DNA of 64,000 nucleotides from an uncultured Candidatus Rokubacteria bacterium (GCA_963771355.1 CAVYTA010000007.1:448001-512000), one strand, 5' to 3'; numbered from the stretch's first letter, positions 28,377 through 38,882 are shown. The notes: generated by a model not told the origin, from the letters alone. Made by a program: numbers and translations.

Positions 28377-29033
28377 ATGACGACCACGACCCCTATGACT
28401 AACCGGACGCCGATCGAATGGCTCTGGCTTGCGGCCCTCGCGCTGCCGGCCCTGGTGCTGGGATTGACCCTGGCCTGGCCCGCGGCCGCAGCGTCCCCCG
28501 ACCCCATGGTGCTGGCCCAGGCGGGAGCGCCGGCGCAGGTGGCCGACGCCCAGCCCGGGATGCGCCGGGAGATGCACGGACGGCGGGGTGACATGCGCGG
28601 TGAAGGCCAGCGATGGCAGCGGCATGGGCGACATCACCGCATGCCGTCCCTGGCCGCCATCGCCCTGCGGCACCGCGCCGAGCTGGGATTGAACCCGCAG
28701 CAGGTGGAGTCGCTCCAGAAGCTCCAGCTGGACGCTCGGCGCGCCGCCGTCCAGGGCCGCGCGAACGCGGAGCTCGCCGCGCTGGATCTGGGCGGTCTCC
28801 TGCGCAGCGAGCCAGTGGACATGGCCAAGGTGGAGGCCAAGGTGCGCGAGCTCGAAAAGCTCCGGGCCGACGGGCGCCTCGCCTTCATCCGGGCCAACGA
28901 GCAGGGCAAGGCGCAGCTCACCACGGATCAGCGGGACAAGCTCAGGGCGCTCCGTGCGGCGCGCTGGGAGCGGATGCGTCGGGGCGCCGAGGAGCCGGGC
29001 GGGCGGGCATCGGCGGAGATCGAGCGGTCGTAA
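28377..29033 (+). CDS. Spy/CpxP-like periplasmic protein
   Basis: Signal/TM segment, His/Met-rich linker, LGLNPQQ..LTTDQ motifs; AGGAGG RBS. Confidence 0.78.
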   Translation: MTTTTPMTNRTPIEWLWLAALALPALVLGLTLAWPAAAASPDPMVLAQAGAPAQVADAQPGMRREMHGRRGDMRGEGQRWQRHGRHHRMPSLAAIALRHRAELGLNPQQVESLQKLQLDARRAAVQGRANAELAALDLGGLLRSEPVDMAKVEAKVRELEKLRADGRLAFIRANEQGKAQLTTDQRDKLRALRAARWERMRRGAEEPGGRASAEIERS

Positions 29034-29106
29034 TACGCCTCGAGCAGCAAGGCTGATTCGTGGCCGCGGCGAGTGCCCGGTTGGGCTCGCCGCGGCCCGC
29101 GTCGCG

Positions 29107-29544
29107 TCAGGCGGGCGGGAGTCCCCACGCCCGCACGCGCGCGGGGACGATGCGGAACATCACGCGGTCCGGCGGCATGGCCCGGCCCTTCCAGAGCCGA
29201 GCCAGATCCGGATCGTAGCGCGCGTGGAACCGCTCCACGAGGGCGCGGCGCAGGGGCCCGTCGGCGAGGAACTCGGCGCGGCCCTGCACGGCGACGCCGC
29301 GAATGTTCCCACGCTCGCCGGCCTCCGTCACCACGCTGACGCGCGGATCGGCTCGCAGGTTGCGCACCTTGGCGAGCCCGTCCACGCTCAGCATGGTGAT
29401 CGCCTCCGCGTCGGCGAGGAACCACATCGGCATCGCCAGCGGCGAGCCGTCCGGGTTGAGGGTGGCGAGCACCGCCACCTCGCGCGTGGCGAGGAAGGCC
29501 TGCACGGCGGGCGCGGCGAGGCCGGCGGCGCCGCCGGCGCTCAC
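29107..29544 (-). CDS. PPOX-class (pyridoxamine 5'-phosphate oxidase-like) protein
   Basis: [30 protein letters not shown]. Confidence 0.88.
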   Translation of the reverse strand: MSAGGAAGLAAPAVQAFLATREVAVLATLNPDGSPLAMPMWFLADAEAITMLSVDGLAKVRNLRADPRVSVVTEAGERGNIRGVAVQGRAEFLADGPLRRALVERFHARYDPDLARLWKGRAMPPDRVMFRIVPARVRAWGLPPA

Positions 29545-30407
29545 GTGGGCAACCCGAACAGCGAGGTCATCCGGGTGGCGCCGAGCATCTCGGCCATCTC
29601 CTCGTCCGAGGGCCGTCGCTCGAAGCGGGACGCCGCCTCGAGCACCGTGGGCAGGAGCGAGAGATCACCGACGGTGTTGAGGAAGATATCGGGCATCCCC
29701 AGGATCCAGTGCACCGCGCGCTCGATGTCCGCGCCCGCCTCCAGCGGCTGATACCAGGTGGTCTGGCGGCGCTCGGTGGTGGCCCAGGGTCCCCGCGCGA
29801 TGGACTTGATGATCTGGACGGCCACGTTGCGCTCGCGGCCCATGGTGAGCACCTCGTCGAAGGCGTGACGATAGCGCTCGTTCTGGGCCAGGAAGAAGTT
29901 GAAGGGGAGCAGCACCGCGTCGAAGTCGAAGCGCGAGAGGCTGCGGCGGTGCATGGCGGCGATGGTCCACCCATGCCCGGTGACCCCGATGAAGCGAGCC
30001 AGTCCCTGTGCCCGCGCCTCGATCAGGGCCTCGAGGGCGCCGTCCGGTCCCATGGCCTGATCCCAGTCGTCCGGGTGGGCGAGGGAGTGGAGCTGGATGA
30101 GGTCCACCCGATCCACGCGGAGCCGCTCGAGCGAGCGGTGGAGATCCTCGCGCGCCTCGCGTGCGCTCCGGCCGCCGGTCTTGGTGGCGAGGAAGAAGTC
30201 CTTCCGGTGCCGCGCCATCCACGGCCCGATGCGGAGCTCGGCGTCGCCGTAGCTCGCCGCGGTGTCGATGTGGTTCACTCCATGCCGCAGCAGCAGCTCC
30301 AGCGTCCGGTCCGCCTCCGCCTGGCTCGCCCGGGCGAGGGCGGCGGCGCCGAACAATGTTACGGTGCTGGAGTGCCCGGTCCGTCCGAAGGGTCGCCGTT
30401 CGATCAT
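29541..30407 (-). CDS. Aldo/keto reductase
   Basis: [40 protein letters not shown]. Confidence 0.9.
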   Translation of the reverse strand: MIERRPFGRTGHSSTVTLFGAAALARASQAEADRTLELLLRHGVNHIDTAASYGDAELRIGPWMARHRKDFFLATKTGGRSAREAREDLHRSLERLRVDRVDLIQLHSLAHPDDWDQAMGPDGALEALIEARAQGLARFIGVTGHGWTIAAMHRRSLSRFDFDAVLLPFNFFLAQNERYRHAFDEVLTMGRERNVAVQIIKSIARGPWATTERRQTTWYQPLEAGADIERAVHWILGMPDIFLNTVGDLSLLPTVLEAASRFERRPSDEEMAEMLGATRMTSLFGLPT

Positions 30408-30474
30408 CGCGCGTCCTCCTCGGGGCGCAGCATAGCGTAGCGCGGGTCGCAGCACGAGAGGAGGCGCGGGTCCC

Positions 30475-31680
30475 ATCGAGTCGTCGCTCCTGCGGCATCC
30501 GCCGTTCGCGCAGTTCTGGCTGTCGCGGGTCCTCTCGACCTTCGCATTCCAGATGCAGGCGGTGGCGGTGGGCTGGCAGATCTACGCCATCACCGGCAGC
30601 GCGCTCGACCTCGGCCTCGTCGGGCTCGTCCAGTTCCTCCCCATGATCCTGCTGACCCTCGTGGTGGGGCGGTTCGCCGACCGCTACGACCGGCGGGCCA
30701 TCGTGAGCTGCTGTCAGGTCCTGCAGGCGGGGGCGGCCACTCTGCTGGCGCTGGGCAGCGCGGGCGGCTGGCTGGGACGCGAGAGCATGCTCGCCATCGT
30801 GGCGGTGGTGGGCGCGGCGCGCGCGTTCGAGGGGCCCACCATGGCCGCGCTCATGCCGGGGCTGGTGCCGCGGCTGGCCATCCCGCGGGCGGCGGCGTGG
30901 GCGATCTCGGCCACCCAGACCGCGCAGATCGTGGGCCCCTCGCTCGGCGGCCTCCTCTACCTGGCCGGGCCCGGCGCGGTGTACGGCGCCGCCGCCGCGC
31001 TCTTCGTGCTGGCGGGCGTCTGCACCGCGACCATTCGCATAGCGGGCGCCCTGCGCGACCGGGCCGCGGTGACGTTGCCGCCGCTGTTCTCGGGCATCAC
31101 CTTCATCGCGGGGACGCCCATCCTCCTGGGCACGCTCTCCCTCGACCTCTTCGCGGTGCTGCTGGGCGGCGCCACCGCGCTCCTGCCCATCTATGCCGCC
31201 GACATCCTGGCCACCGGCCCCTGGGGACTCGGGCTCCTGCGCTCGGCCCCCGCGGTGGGCGCGCTGGTCATGTCGTTCGTCCTCGTCCGACATCCCATCG
31301 AGCGACGGGTCGGCCCGCGGCTCTTCGGCGCCGTGCTCGCCTTCGGCGCCGCCACGGTGGTGTTCGGGCTCTCCACCAGCCTGCCGCTGTCGTTCGCCGC
31401 GCTGGCCGTGCTGGGCGGCGCCGACGTGGTCAGCATGGTGATCCGCTCCTCGCTGGTGCAGCTCCGGACGCCGGACGCGATGCGCGGCCGGGTGAGCGCG
31501 GTGAGCTCGCTCTTCACCGGCACCTCCAACCAGCTCGGCGAGTTCCGCGCCGGGCTCACCGCCGCCTATCTCGGCGCGGTGCCCGCGGTGCTGATCGGCG
31601 GGCTCGGCAGCATCCTGGTGGCGGGCCTCTGGATGTATCTCTTCCCCGCGCTCCGCGGCATCCGCACGCTGGACGGCTGA
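30475..31680 (+). CDS. MFS transporter (MFS_3/DHA3-like), probable ATC start
   Basis: Family-like sequence [23 protein letters not shown] lies in frame upstream of ATG 30553; AGAGGAGG precedes ATC 30475. Confidence 0.8.
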   Translation: MESSLLRHPPFAQFWLSRVLSTFAFQMQAVAVGWQIYAITGSALDLGLVGLVQFLPMILLTLVVGRFADRYDRRAIVSCCQVLQAGAATLLALGSAGGWLGRESMLAIVAVVGAARAFEGPTMAALMPGLVPRLAIPRAAAWAISATQTAQIVGPSLGGLLYLAGPGAVYGAAAALFVLAGVCTATIRIAGALRDRAAVTLPPLFSGITFIAGTPILLGTLSLDLFAVLLGGATALLPIYAADILATGPWGLGLLRSAPAVGALVMSFVLVRHPIERRVGPRLFGAVLAFGAATVVFGLSTSLPLSFAALAVLGGADVVSMVIRSSLVQLRTPDAMRGRVSAVSSLFTGTSNQLGEFRAGLTAAYLGAVPAVLIGGLGSILVAGLWMYLFPALRGIRTLDG

Positions 31681-31781
31681 GCGGGCAGCTTGTGCAGCAC
31701 CCCGCGCTGCGCTACGTTCAAGGCCCGACCAGGCTTGGGAGCCCATTCACCGCTGACATGCATCCCTGAAAGGAGCCAACC

Positions 31782-32399
31782 GTGATCCAGGAGATCCGCA
31801 CCTATCGCATCGCGCCGGGCAGTCTCGCCGAGGTGGAGAAGCGCTTCGGCGAAGCCTACGAGAAGCGCAAGAAGTACTCGGAGCTCACCGCGTTCTGGCA
31901 CACCGAGATCGGCCCCCTCAACGAGATCATCCACGTGTGGGGCTATCGCGACCTTGCCGAGCGCGCGCGCATCCGGGCGGAGGCGGTGAAGGACGGCGTG
32001 TGGCCGCCGAAGACCGCCGAGTTCATCCGCGAGATGAAGTCCGAGATCGTCAATCCCTTCCCGTTCGTCCCCGAGGTGCAGCCCGGCAAGATCGGGCCCA
32101 TTTTCGAGATCCGCTACTACACGCTCAAGGGGGGCACGCTCCCCGACACCATGAAGGGCTGGGAGGCCAAGCTGCCCGAGCGGATCAAGCTCTCGCCGGT
32201 AGTGCTCGCGGGCGGCGTCGAGTTCGGCGCCGCCAACGGCTTCGTGCACATCTGGGCCTATCAGAGCCTCGAGCAGCGCGGCCAGGTGCGGGATGAGGCG
32301 AGGAAGACGGGGGTGTGGCCGCCGCCGGGCGGCGGCGACCGGCTCCTCACGCAGGAGAACAAGATCGTTCTGCCGGCCGCCTTCTCACCGTTGCAGTGA
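31782..32399 (+). CDS. NIPSNAP family protein (two domains)
   Basis: EIRTY/EIRYY, HVWGY/HIWAY, C-terminal PAAFSPLQ; AAGGAG RBS. Confidence 0.9.
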   Translation: MIQEIRTYRIAPGSLAEVEKRFGEAYEKRKKYSELTAFWHTEIGPLNEIIHVWGYRDLAERARIRAEAVKDGVWPPKTAEFIREMKSEIVNPFPFVPEVQPGKIGPIFEIRYYTLKGGTLPDTMKGWEAKLPERIKLSPVVLAGGVEFGAANGFVHIWAYQSLEQRGQVRDEARKTGVWPPPGGGDRLLTQENKIVLPAAFSPLQ

Positions 32400-33007
32400 T
32401 TGCCCGGCCGCTCCGGGTGCTGCTGCTGGGCGCCGCGCTCCTCGCGGCGCTCGCCCCCGCCGGCGCCGCGCAGACGCCGGCGCGGGTGCGCGGCAGCATC
32501 GCGGAGCTGGTCGGCCCGGTGCTCATGATCAAGACCCGCGAGGGTCCGACGGTGCAGGTGCGCCTCCTGGAGGGCCTCACCGTGCTCGGGGTCGGCAAGG
32601 CCGTCCTCGCCGACGTGAAGCCGGGCGCGTACGTCGGGGTGGCCGCGGTGAAGCAGGCCGACGGGACCTACCGCGCGCAGGAGATCACGATCTTCCCCCA
32701 CATGGCGCGCGGCAGCGCCGAGGGGCATACCCCGTGGGACCTCACCCCCGACAGCACCATGACCAATGCCACGGTGGACGCCATCGTGGTCCGGTCGGCG
32801 GGTCATCTCCTCACGCTCAAGTACAAGGACGGCGAGCTCAAGGTGACGGTCCCGCCGCGCACGCCGGTGGTGACGTTCAATATCGCCACCCATGCGCTGC
32901 TCGCGCCGGGCGCCCACGTCTTCGTCCCCGCGGTGCGCCAGCCCGACGGCAGCCTCGCCACCAACCGCATCCTGGTGGGCAAGGCCGGCGTGGTACCGCC
33001 CATGTGA
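32396..33007 (+). CDS. Secreted DUF5666-like hypothetical protein
   Basis: GTGA overlap with the upstream stop, signal peptide, RVRGSI, EGHTPWDL..STMTNATV. Confidence 0.75.
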   Translation: MIARPLRVLLLGAALLAALAPAGAAQTPARVRGSIAELVGPVLMIKTREGPTVQVRLLEGLTVLGVGKAVLADVKPGAYVGVAAVKQADGTYRAQEITIFPHMARGSAEGHTPWDLTPDSTMTNATVDAIVVRSAGHLLTLKYKDGELKVTVPPRTPVVTFNIATHALLAPGAHVFVPAVRQPDGSLATNRILVGKAGVVPPM

Positions 33008-33028
33008 GGTCGATCCCCCCGACCGCTC

Positions 33029-34132
33029 CTAGCCGCCGCGCGAGCTCGCGCGCAGCAGCTCGCGCACCTTGGCGGTGAAGGTGTCGGCCTCGAACGGCTT
33101 GCCGAGGAAGTCGGCCTCCTCCCCCTCGATGGCCTCCCGCGCGCTGCCCTCGTCCACGATCCCGGAGATGTAGAGCACCCGCACGCCGGGCCGGAGCTTG
33201 GTGAAGCGCTGCGCGAGCTGCCGTCCGTTCATGCCCGGCATCATCATGTCGGTGACGAGGAGATCGATCTTCCCCGTGTGCTGTCCCGCGCGGTCGAGCG
33301 CGGCCTGGCCGCTTTCCGCCTCGAGGACGTGGAAGCCCGCCGGCCGCAGGATATTGGCGGCCACGAACAGGAAGCTCGGGTCGTCGTCCACGAGGAGCAA
33401 GGTGCCGACGGCGGTGCCCGGCGCGGGGTCGGGCTCGCGCTTGCCCAGGGGCGCCGGCGCGGGGACATCGGCGACCGGCGCCGGCGCGATGACGGGCGCG
33501 GGAGCCGCGGGGGGTGCTGGCGCGGGGGCCGGGGCCGGAACCGGGCGCGGCGGCGCGGGCGGCGCCGACGCGGGCGCGGGTCGCGGGGGTGGGGCCGCCG
33601 GTCGCAGGGGCGGGGCCGCCGGGGGTGCGGCCGCTGGTCGCGGCGGCGCGGCAGGGGCCGCGGTGACGGCGGGTTCCGGGGCCCTCGCTGGCGCCGGCGC
33701 GGCGGCGGTGGCGGCCGGCGCCGCGGTGGGCGGGCGGCGTGCCGCCTCCAGGTCCTTCCTCAGCCGCTCGACCTCGGCCCGGCTCTCGCGCAACGCCATC
33801 TCGGACTGCTTCTGCCGGTCGGCGACGGCCTCCGCGGCGCGCGCCCGCTCCTCGGATTCCCGCTGCTGGCCGAGCGCCCGCTGGAGATCCAGGCGCATCC
33901 GCTCCGTCTCGGCCTGAATCCCGGTGAGGCGCTGGTCGCGGCTGGCCGCCGACGCGCGCAGGCGCTCCAGCTCGGCGGCACCCTGGCCCCGCGCCCAGAA
34001 GATGAGCCCGAGGCCGATGACGCCCAGGACCACGAGGGCGGCGACGGCGGGTGTCTCGTGATCGGCAACGGTCAGGGCGCCGGCGCCGAGCACGGTGGCG
34101 AGGATCATGACGACGACGGGCATGTGGCGCAC
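33029..34132 (-). CDS. Membrane-anchored receiver-domain protein (2 TM, coiled coil, Pro/Ala linker, REC)
   Basis: LLLVDDD..IDLLVTDMMMPGMNG..VLYISG..FLGKPF; AAAGGAGG RBS before GTG 34132 / ATG 34123. Confidence 0.8.
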   Translation of the reverse strand: MRHMPVVVMILATVLGAGALTVADHETPAVAALVVLGVIGLGLIFWARGQGAAELERLRASAASRDQRLTGIQAETERMRLDLQRALGQQRESEERARAAEAVADRQKQSEMALRESRAEVERLRKDLEAARRPPTAAPAATAAAPAPARAPEPAVTAAPAAPPRPAAAPPAAPPLRPAAPPPRPAPASAPPAPPRPVPAPAPAPAPPAAPAPVIAPAPVADVPAPAPLGKREPDPAPGTAVGTLLLVDDDPSFLFVAANILRPAGFHVLEAESGQAALDRAGQHTGKIDLLVTDMMMPGMNGRQLAQRFTKLRPGVRVLYISGIVDEGSAREAIEGEEADFLGKPFEADTFTAKVRELLRASSRGG

Positions 34133-34144
34133 GCGGCCTCCTTT

Positions 34145-34183
34145 GCCTCGGGCATGGGCCTCGGGCATGGGCCTCGAGCATGA
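34145..34183. repeat. 13-bp tandem repeat, three copies
   Basis: GCCTCGGGCATGG twice plus GCCTCGAGCATGA. Confidence 0.85.
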
Positions 34184-34313
34184 GCTCCGAGCACGTCTCG
34201 GGCCCGACTCGCGGTGGGCTGACGTTAGCCCCGAGGGTGGGGGAAGGTCAAGAAACGGCGCATGCCTCGGGTGCGGTAGAATCCCCCCGCCATGCAGGAC
34301 TGCTCTCCACTCT

Positions 34314-34350
34314 ACTGAGCGGCGTCTTCTCTGGACTGAGCGGCGTCTTC
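34314..34350. repeat. 16-bp direct repeat, two copies, 21-bp period
   Basis: ACTGAGCGGCGTCTTC at 34314 and 34335. Confidence 0.85.
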
Positions 34351-34368
34351 GACCAGAAAGGGATTCCC

Positions 34369-35175
34369 ATGGGCGTGCTGGACGGCAAGGTGGCGGTGGT
34401 GACGGGCGCGGGCCGGCGGCGCGGGATCGGCCGGGCCACCGCGGTGGCGCTGGCCGAGCTGGGTGCCGACGTGGTGGTGACGGGGACGGGTCGCGACCCG
34501 TCGTCCTATCCGGACGACGAGAAGAAGGCGGGCTGGAAGGACGTGGAGAGCACGGCGGCGCAGATCCGCGCCGTCGGCCGTCGCGCCCTCACCTTCACCG
34601 GCGACGTGAGCGAGGCCGCCACCGCGAAGCGCCTGGTGGAGACGACCGTGAAGGAGCTGGGCCGACTCGACGTGCTGGTGAACAATGCCGCGTATCCGCG
34701 GGGCAACGATCGCGTCCCGATCTCCCAGCTGGACGAGGGCATCTGGAGGAAGGTGCTCGACATCAAGCTCACCGGCGCCTTCCTCCTGTGCCAGCAAGCG
34801 GTGCCCATCATGACGAAGCAGAAGTGGGGCCGCATCATCAACATCTCCTCCATCGCCGGGAAGCGCGGCAGCCCCAACACCGCCGCCTACAATGCCGCCA
34901 ACTTCGGCATCCAGGGTCTCACCCAGTCCATCGCCCAGGAGGTCGCGCGGCACGGCGTCACCTGCAACGCGGTGTGCCCGGGCACCATCGACACCGCGCG
35001 CATGGACGTGCTGGGGCGCGGCGAGGGCTGGCAGAAGCAGCTCGAACGTATCCCCATGGGCCGCGCCGCCACCGACGAGGAGGTGGCGGGGCTCATCGGC
35101 TTCCTGTGCTCGCCGGCGGCGGCGTTCATCACCGGACAAGCCATCAACATCGACGGCGGGGTGGTGATGTGGTGA
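34369..35175 (+). CDS. Short-chain dehydrogenase/reductase
   Basis: VTGAG..GIG, NNAA, ISS, YNAAN (YxxxN in place of YxxxK), CPG. Confidence 0.9.
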   Translation: MGVLDGKVAVVTGAGRRRGIGRATAVALAELGADVVVTGTGRDPSSYPDDEKKAGWKDVESTAAQIRAVGRRALTFTGDVSEAATAKRLVETTVKELGRLDVLVNNAAYPRGNDRVPISQLDEGIWRKVLDIKLTGAFLLCQQAVPIMTKQKWGRIINISSIAGKRGSPNTAAYNAANFGIQGLTQSIAQEVARHGVTCNAVCPGTIDTARMDVLGRGEGWQKQLERIPMGRAATDEEVAGLIGFLCSPAAAFITGQAINIDGGVVMW

Positions 35176-35247
35176 GGTAGAGTATCCAGGCCGCACCGGC
35201 GGGCAGATTCACGGAATGCCGCAGGGACCCACAAAGGAGAGCGGAGC

Positions 35248-36309
35248 ATGGCCGCCAAGTACAAGGTCGTCGTCCAGAAGCCGTCCGGCGGGATCACGTA
35301 TGATCTGGCCGACCCCAGCTACTCCATCGAGCGCGAGGCGCTGGATCCCATCGGCGCCGAGATCGTCGAAGTGCCGGCGAAGACGGAGGAGGAGTTCATC
35401 GCGGCGGCGCGGGACGCCGACGCGCTCATCGCGCGCAATCGCCGCATCTCGGCCGCCATCATCAAGAGCCTCCGGAACTGCAAGGTGATCGGGCTCGGTA
35501 GCGTGGGCGCCGACACCGTGGACGTGGACGCCGCCACCGAGGCGGGCATCGTGGTCACCAATGTCCCCGACGTCTTCATCGACGAGGTGGCCGACCACAC
35601 CATGGCCATGTTCCTGGCCGCCCACCGCCGCCTGCGGCTGATGCATCAGCTCACGGTGGAGGGGAAGTGGATGGAGGGCCGGCCCCACTTCAAGGACATC
35701 CCACGCCTGTACGGCCAGACCATCGGGCTCATCTCCTTCGGTAACGTGGCCAAGGCAGTGGCGCGGCGCTGCCATGCCTTCGGCCTGCGCGTGATCGCGT
35801 TCGATCCCTTCCTCGGCGAGCTCGAGATGACGGCGGTGGGGGTGGAGCCGGTCACCAGCCTCATCGAGCTGTGCCAGCGCTCGGACTTCCTCTCCATGCA
35901 CGCGCCGCTCAATGCCGAGACCCAGCACCTGATGGGCGAGCGCGAGTTCCGCGCCATGAAGCCCACCGCCATCTTCATCAACAACGGCCGGGGCCCCACC
36001 GTGGACGAGCGGGCCCTCACCGAGGCGCTTCGCCAGGGCTGGATCGCCGGCGCCGCGCTCGACGTCTTCGAGACGGAGCCCGTCGACACCGCCAACGCGC
36101 TGCTCGCCATGGACAACGTCATCGTCACCCCGCACATCGCCTCCGCGACGGCTCGGATGGCGCCGGAGACACGGCGCCGGCTGGGGCGCGAGATCGCCAC
36201 CGTGCTGCAGGGCAAGTGGCCGCGCTCGGCGGTGAACCCCGGCGTGCTCCCGCGCACCGGCCTCATTCGCTGGCAGCCCTATCCCATGGGCCGGGGACCG
36301 AACCGGTAG
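35248..36309 (+). CDS. D-isomer-specific 2-hydroxyacid dehydrogenase (CtBP-like)
   Basis: VTNVPD..EVADH, INNGRGPTVDE, LDVFETEP, TPHIA. Confidence 0.9.
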   Translation: MAAKYKVVVQKPSGGITYDLADPSYSIEREALDPIGAEIVEVPAKTEEEFIAAARDADALIARNRRISAAIIKSLRNCKVIGLGSVGADTVDVDAATEAGIVVTNVPDVFIDEVADHTMAMFLAAHRRLRLMHQLTVEGKWMEGRPHFKDIPRLYGQTIGLISFGNVAKAVARRCHAFGLRVIAFDPFLGELEMTAVGVEPVTSLIELCQRSDFLSMHAPLNAETQHLMGEREFRAMKPTAIFINNGRGPTVDERALTEALRQGWIAGAALDVFETEPVDTANALLAMDNVIVTPHIASATARMAPETRRRLGREIATVLQGKWPRSAVNPGVLPRTGLIRWQPYPMGRGPNR

Positions 36310-36317
36310 CCACCCCC

Positions 36318-37310
36318 ATGCGCCACGTCCGCCTCGGCCGCACCGGGCTGCAGGTGTCGCGGATCTGCCTGGGCACCATGACCTTCGGCCTGCAGTGCGA
36401 GGAGCCGATGGCGGTGGCCATCCTGGACCGCGCGGCGGCAGGCGGCGTCACCTTTCTCGACGCGGCCGACGTGTATCCGGTGGGGGGCAGCCTCGACACG
36501 GTGGGGCGCACCGAGGAGATCCTCGGGCGCTGGCTGGCGGGACGCCGCCACGACTTCGTGCTCGCCACCAAGTGCGCGGGGGTGATGGGCGCCCGGCCCT
36601 GGGACCGCGGACTGTCCCGCAAGCATATCCTCGACGCCATCGACGCCTCCCTGCGCCGCCTGCGCACCGACTACGTGGATCTCTATCAGCTGCACTCACC
36701 CGACCGCGAGACGCCCCTCGACGAGACCCTGCGCGCGCTGGACGACGTGGTGCGGGCGGGGAAGGCGCGCTACGTGGGCTGCTCCAACTTCCTGGCCTAT
36801 CAGGTGGCGCGCGCCGTCGGCCGCAGCGAGGCGCAGGGGCTGGTCCGCTTCGACTCGGTGCAGCCGCGGTACAACCTCCTCTTCCGCCAGATCGAGCGCG
36901 AGCTGCTCCCGCTGTGCCGGGAGGAGGGTATCGGCGTCATCCCGTACAATCCGCTGGCGGGCGGCTTCCTCAGCGGCAAGCACCGGCGGGAGACGGGCCC
37001 CACCCCGGGCACCCGCTTCACCCTGGGCAGCGCGGCGAAGCGCTATCAGGATCGGTACTGGCACGAGCGCGAGTTCGCCACCGTCGAGGCGTTGCGGCCG
37101 CTGGCCGCGGAGGCGGGGATCTCGCTCACGCGGATGGCGGTGGCGTGGGTGCTCGCGCATCCGGCCGTCACCGCGCCCATCATCGGGGCCAGCCGCCCCG
37201 AGCAGCTCGACGACGTGCTGCCGGCGGTGGACAAGGACCTCGGCGCCGACATCAAGGCGCGGCTCGATACCCTCACCGCCGGCTACCGCCTAGGCGACGA
37301 TCCCCGCTGA
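36318..37310 (+). CDS. Aldo/keto reductase
   Basis: LGRTGLQVSRICLGTMTFG, DAADVY, SLRRLRTDYVDLYQLH. Confidence 0.92.
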   Translation: MRHVRLGRTGLQVSRICLGTMTFGLQCEEPMAVAILDRAAAGGVTFLDAADVYPVGGSLDTVGRTEEILGRWLAGRRHDFVLATKCAGVMGARPWDRGLSRKHILDAIDASLRRLRTDYVDLYQLHSPDRETPLDETLRALDDVVRAGKARYVGCSNFLAYQVARAVGRSEAQGLVRFDSVQPRYNLLFRQIERELLPLCREEGIGVIPYNPLAGGFLSGKHRRETGPTPGTRFTLGSAAKRYQDRYWHEREFATVEALRPLAAEAGISLTRMAVAWVLAHPAVTAPIIGASRPEQLDDVLPAVDKDLGADIKARLDTLTAGYRLGDDPR

Positions 37311-37329
37311 GCGGAGGGAGGCTCTCGGC

Positions 37330-38280
37330 ATGGCGCGCGTGGCGATCCTCGACGACTATCAGGGCGTGGCCCTCGGCCTGGCGGACTGGAAGAGCCTCCC
37401 CGCCGGGACCGACGTGCAGGTCTTCTCCGACCACCTCGACGCACCCGACGCGCTCGCGAAGCGGCTGGCCGACTTCGACGTGGTGATGGCGATGCGGGAG
37501 CGCACCCCGTTTCCGCGCGCGCTGCTGGAGCGTCTCCCGCGGCTGCGCCTCCTCGTCACCTCGGGGATGCGCAATGCCTCCATCGACGTGAAGGCGGCGA
37601 CGGAGCGCGGGATCACCGTGTGCGGGACCTCGGGGCTCCCGTATCCCACCGCCGAGCTGGCCTGGGGACTGGTGCTCGCCCTCTTCCGCCGCATCCCCGT
37701 CGAGGACCGGGCCACGCGCGACGGCCGCTGGCAGACCACCGTCGGGCTCGGCCTCAACGGCAAGACCCTGGGCGTGCTCGGGCTGGGGACGCTGGGGTCG
37801 CGGGTGGCGCGGTACGGACGCGCCTTCGAGATGGACGTGCTGGCCTGGAGCCAGAACCTCACCGCCGCCCGGGCGGCGGAGGTGGGCGCCACCCTGGTGG
37901 ACAAGGACGAGCTGCTCGCGCGCTCGGACGTGGTGAGCATTCACCTCGTCCTGGGGGACCGGACCCGTGGCCTTCTCGGGGCCCGCGAGCTCGGGCTCAT
38001 GAAGCCCACCGCCTACCTCGTCAATACCTCGCGGGGCCCCATCGTGGACGAGGCGGCCCTGATCCGGGCGCTGCGCGAGGGGACGATCGCCGGCGCCGGC
38101 CTCGACGTCTTCGAGCCGGAGCCGCTGCCCGCCGACCATCCGTTCCGCCGGCTTCCCAACACCGTGATCACGCCGCACCTGGGCTACGTCACCGAGGAAA
38201 CCTACCGGGTCTTCTTCGGTCAGGCGGTCGAGGACATCAGGGCCTTCCTCGACGGCAAGCCCGTCCGCGTCCTGAGCTGA
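37330..38280 (+). CDS. D-2-hydroxyacid dehydrogenase family protein
   Basis: VAILDDYQ, MRERTPF, GLGTLG, NTSRGPIVDE, TPHLGY. Confidence 0.92.
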   Translation: MARVAILDDYQGVALGLADWKSLPAGTDVQVFSDHLDAPDALAKRLADFDVVMAMRERTPFPRALLERLPRLRLLVTSGMRNASIDVKAATERGITVCGTSGLPYPTAELAWGLVLALFRRIPVEDRATRDGRWQTTVGLGLNGKTLGVLGLGTLGSRVARYGRAFEMDVLAWSQNLTAARAAEVGATLVDKDELLARSDVVSIHLVLGDRTRGLLGARELGLMKPTAYLVNTSRGPIVDEAALIRALREGTIAGAGLDVFEPEPLPADHPFRRLPNTVITPHLGYVTEETYRVFFGQAVEDIRAFLDGKPVRVLS

Positions 38281-38285
38281 CCGGA

Positions 38286-38882
38286 TCAGGCGGCGTCAAG
38301 CCGCCGGGCCACGCGCGGGTACTCGAGCACCAGCCCGTCGGCGTCCGTGCGGATCTCCTCGACGAAGTCGGTACCCAGGCCCTCGTAGCGCCAGCGACTC
38401 TCGGCGGCGCTCCGGGAGAGCAGGGTATAGCGCTGACGCGCGGGGGCCAGCTCGAGGGTGGGCAGGGCGATGTAGACCACCCGGATCTCCGCCGCATCCC
38501 CCGGCTCGAGGCGGAGGCGGCGCATGGGGAGCGTGTTGGTGAAGGCGGACGCGTAGAGGTCCACGTCGACGCAGCCGTCAAGGGCGGCCAGGGGCTCACC
38601 ACCCCGAAGCCGCCAGTGACCGACGCCGTCGGCGAGCAGATCGAGGACGCGCCCCGGCAGCGCGTCCGCCTCCACCCGCACCTCCCGAGCCCGCCACGCC
38701 GCATCGCAGCGGATGACATAGTGCACCCGCACCAGCCGACCTGCGTGCACGCCGAGCATCTCGCCGTCCGCCAAGGGCTCGCCGGCGTCGAGGCGGAGGG
38801 CGAGGTGCTCGAGCCCGGGCTCGTCCCAGGCCTCCCAGAGGAGATCGAGGGAGCGGTTTTCCGGGGGGCCGGCGGCGCTCAC
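38286..38882 (-). CDS. Putative glycolipid-binding (DUF1089-type) protein
   Basis: GLEHL, LDGCVDVDL..SAFTNTLPMRRL, QRYT, DADGLVLEYP. Confidence 0.85.
   Translation of the reverse strand: MSAAGPPENRSLDLLWEAWDEPGLEHLALRLDAGEPLADGEMLGVHAGRLVRVHYVIRCDAAWRAREVRVEADALPGRVLDLLADGVGHWRLRGGEPLAALDGCVDVDLYASAFTNTLPMRRLRLEPGDAAEIRVVYIALPTLELAPARQRYTLLSRSAAESRWRYEGLGTDFVEEIRTDADGLVLEYPRVARRLDAA

Noticed and set aside
33420..33730. Extremely GC-rich low-complexity tract as a repeat element
   Set aside because: Explained by the Pro/Ala linker codons of the REC protein.
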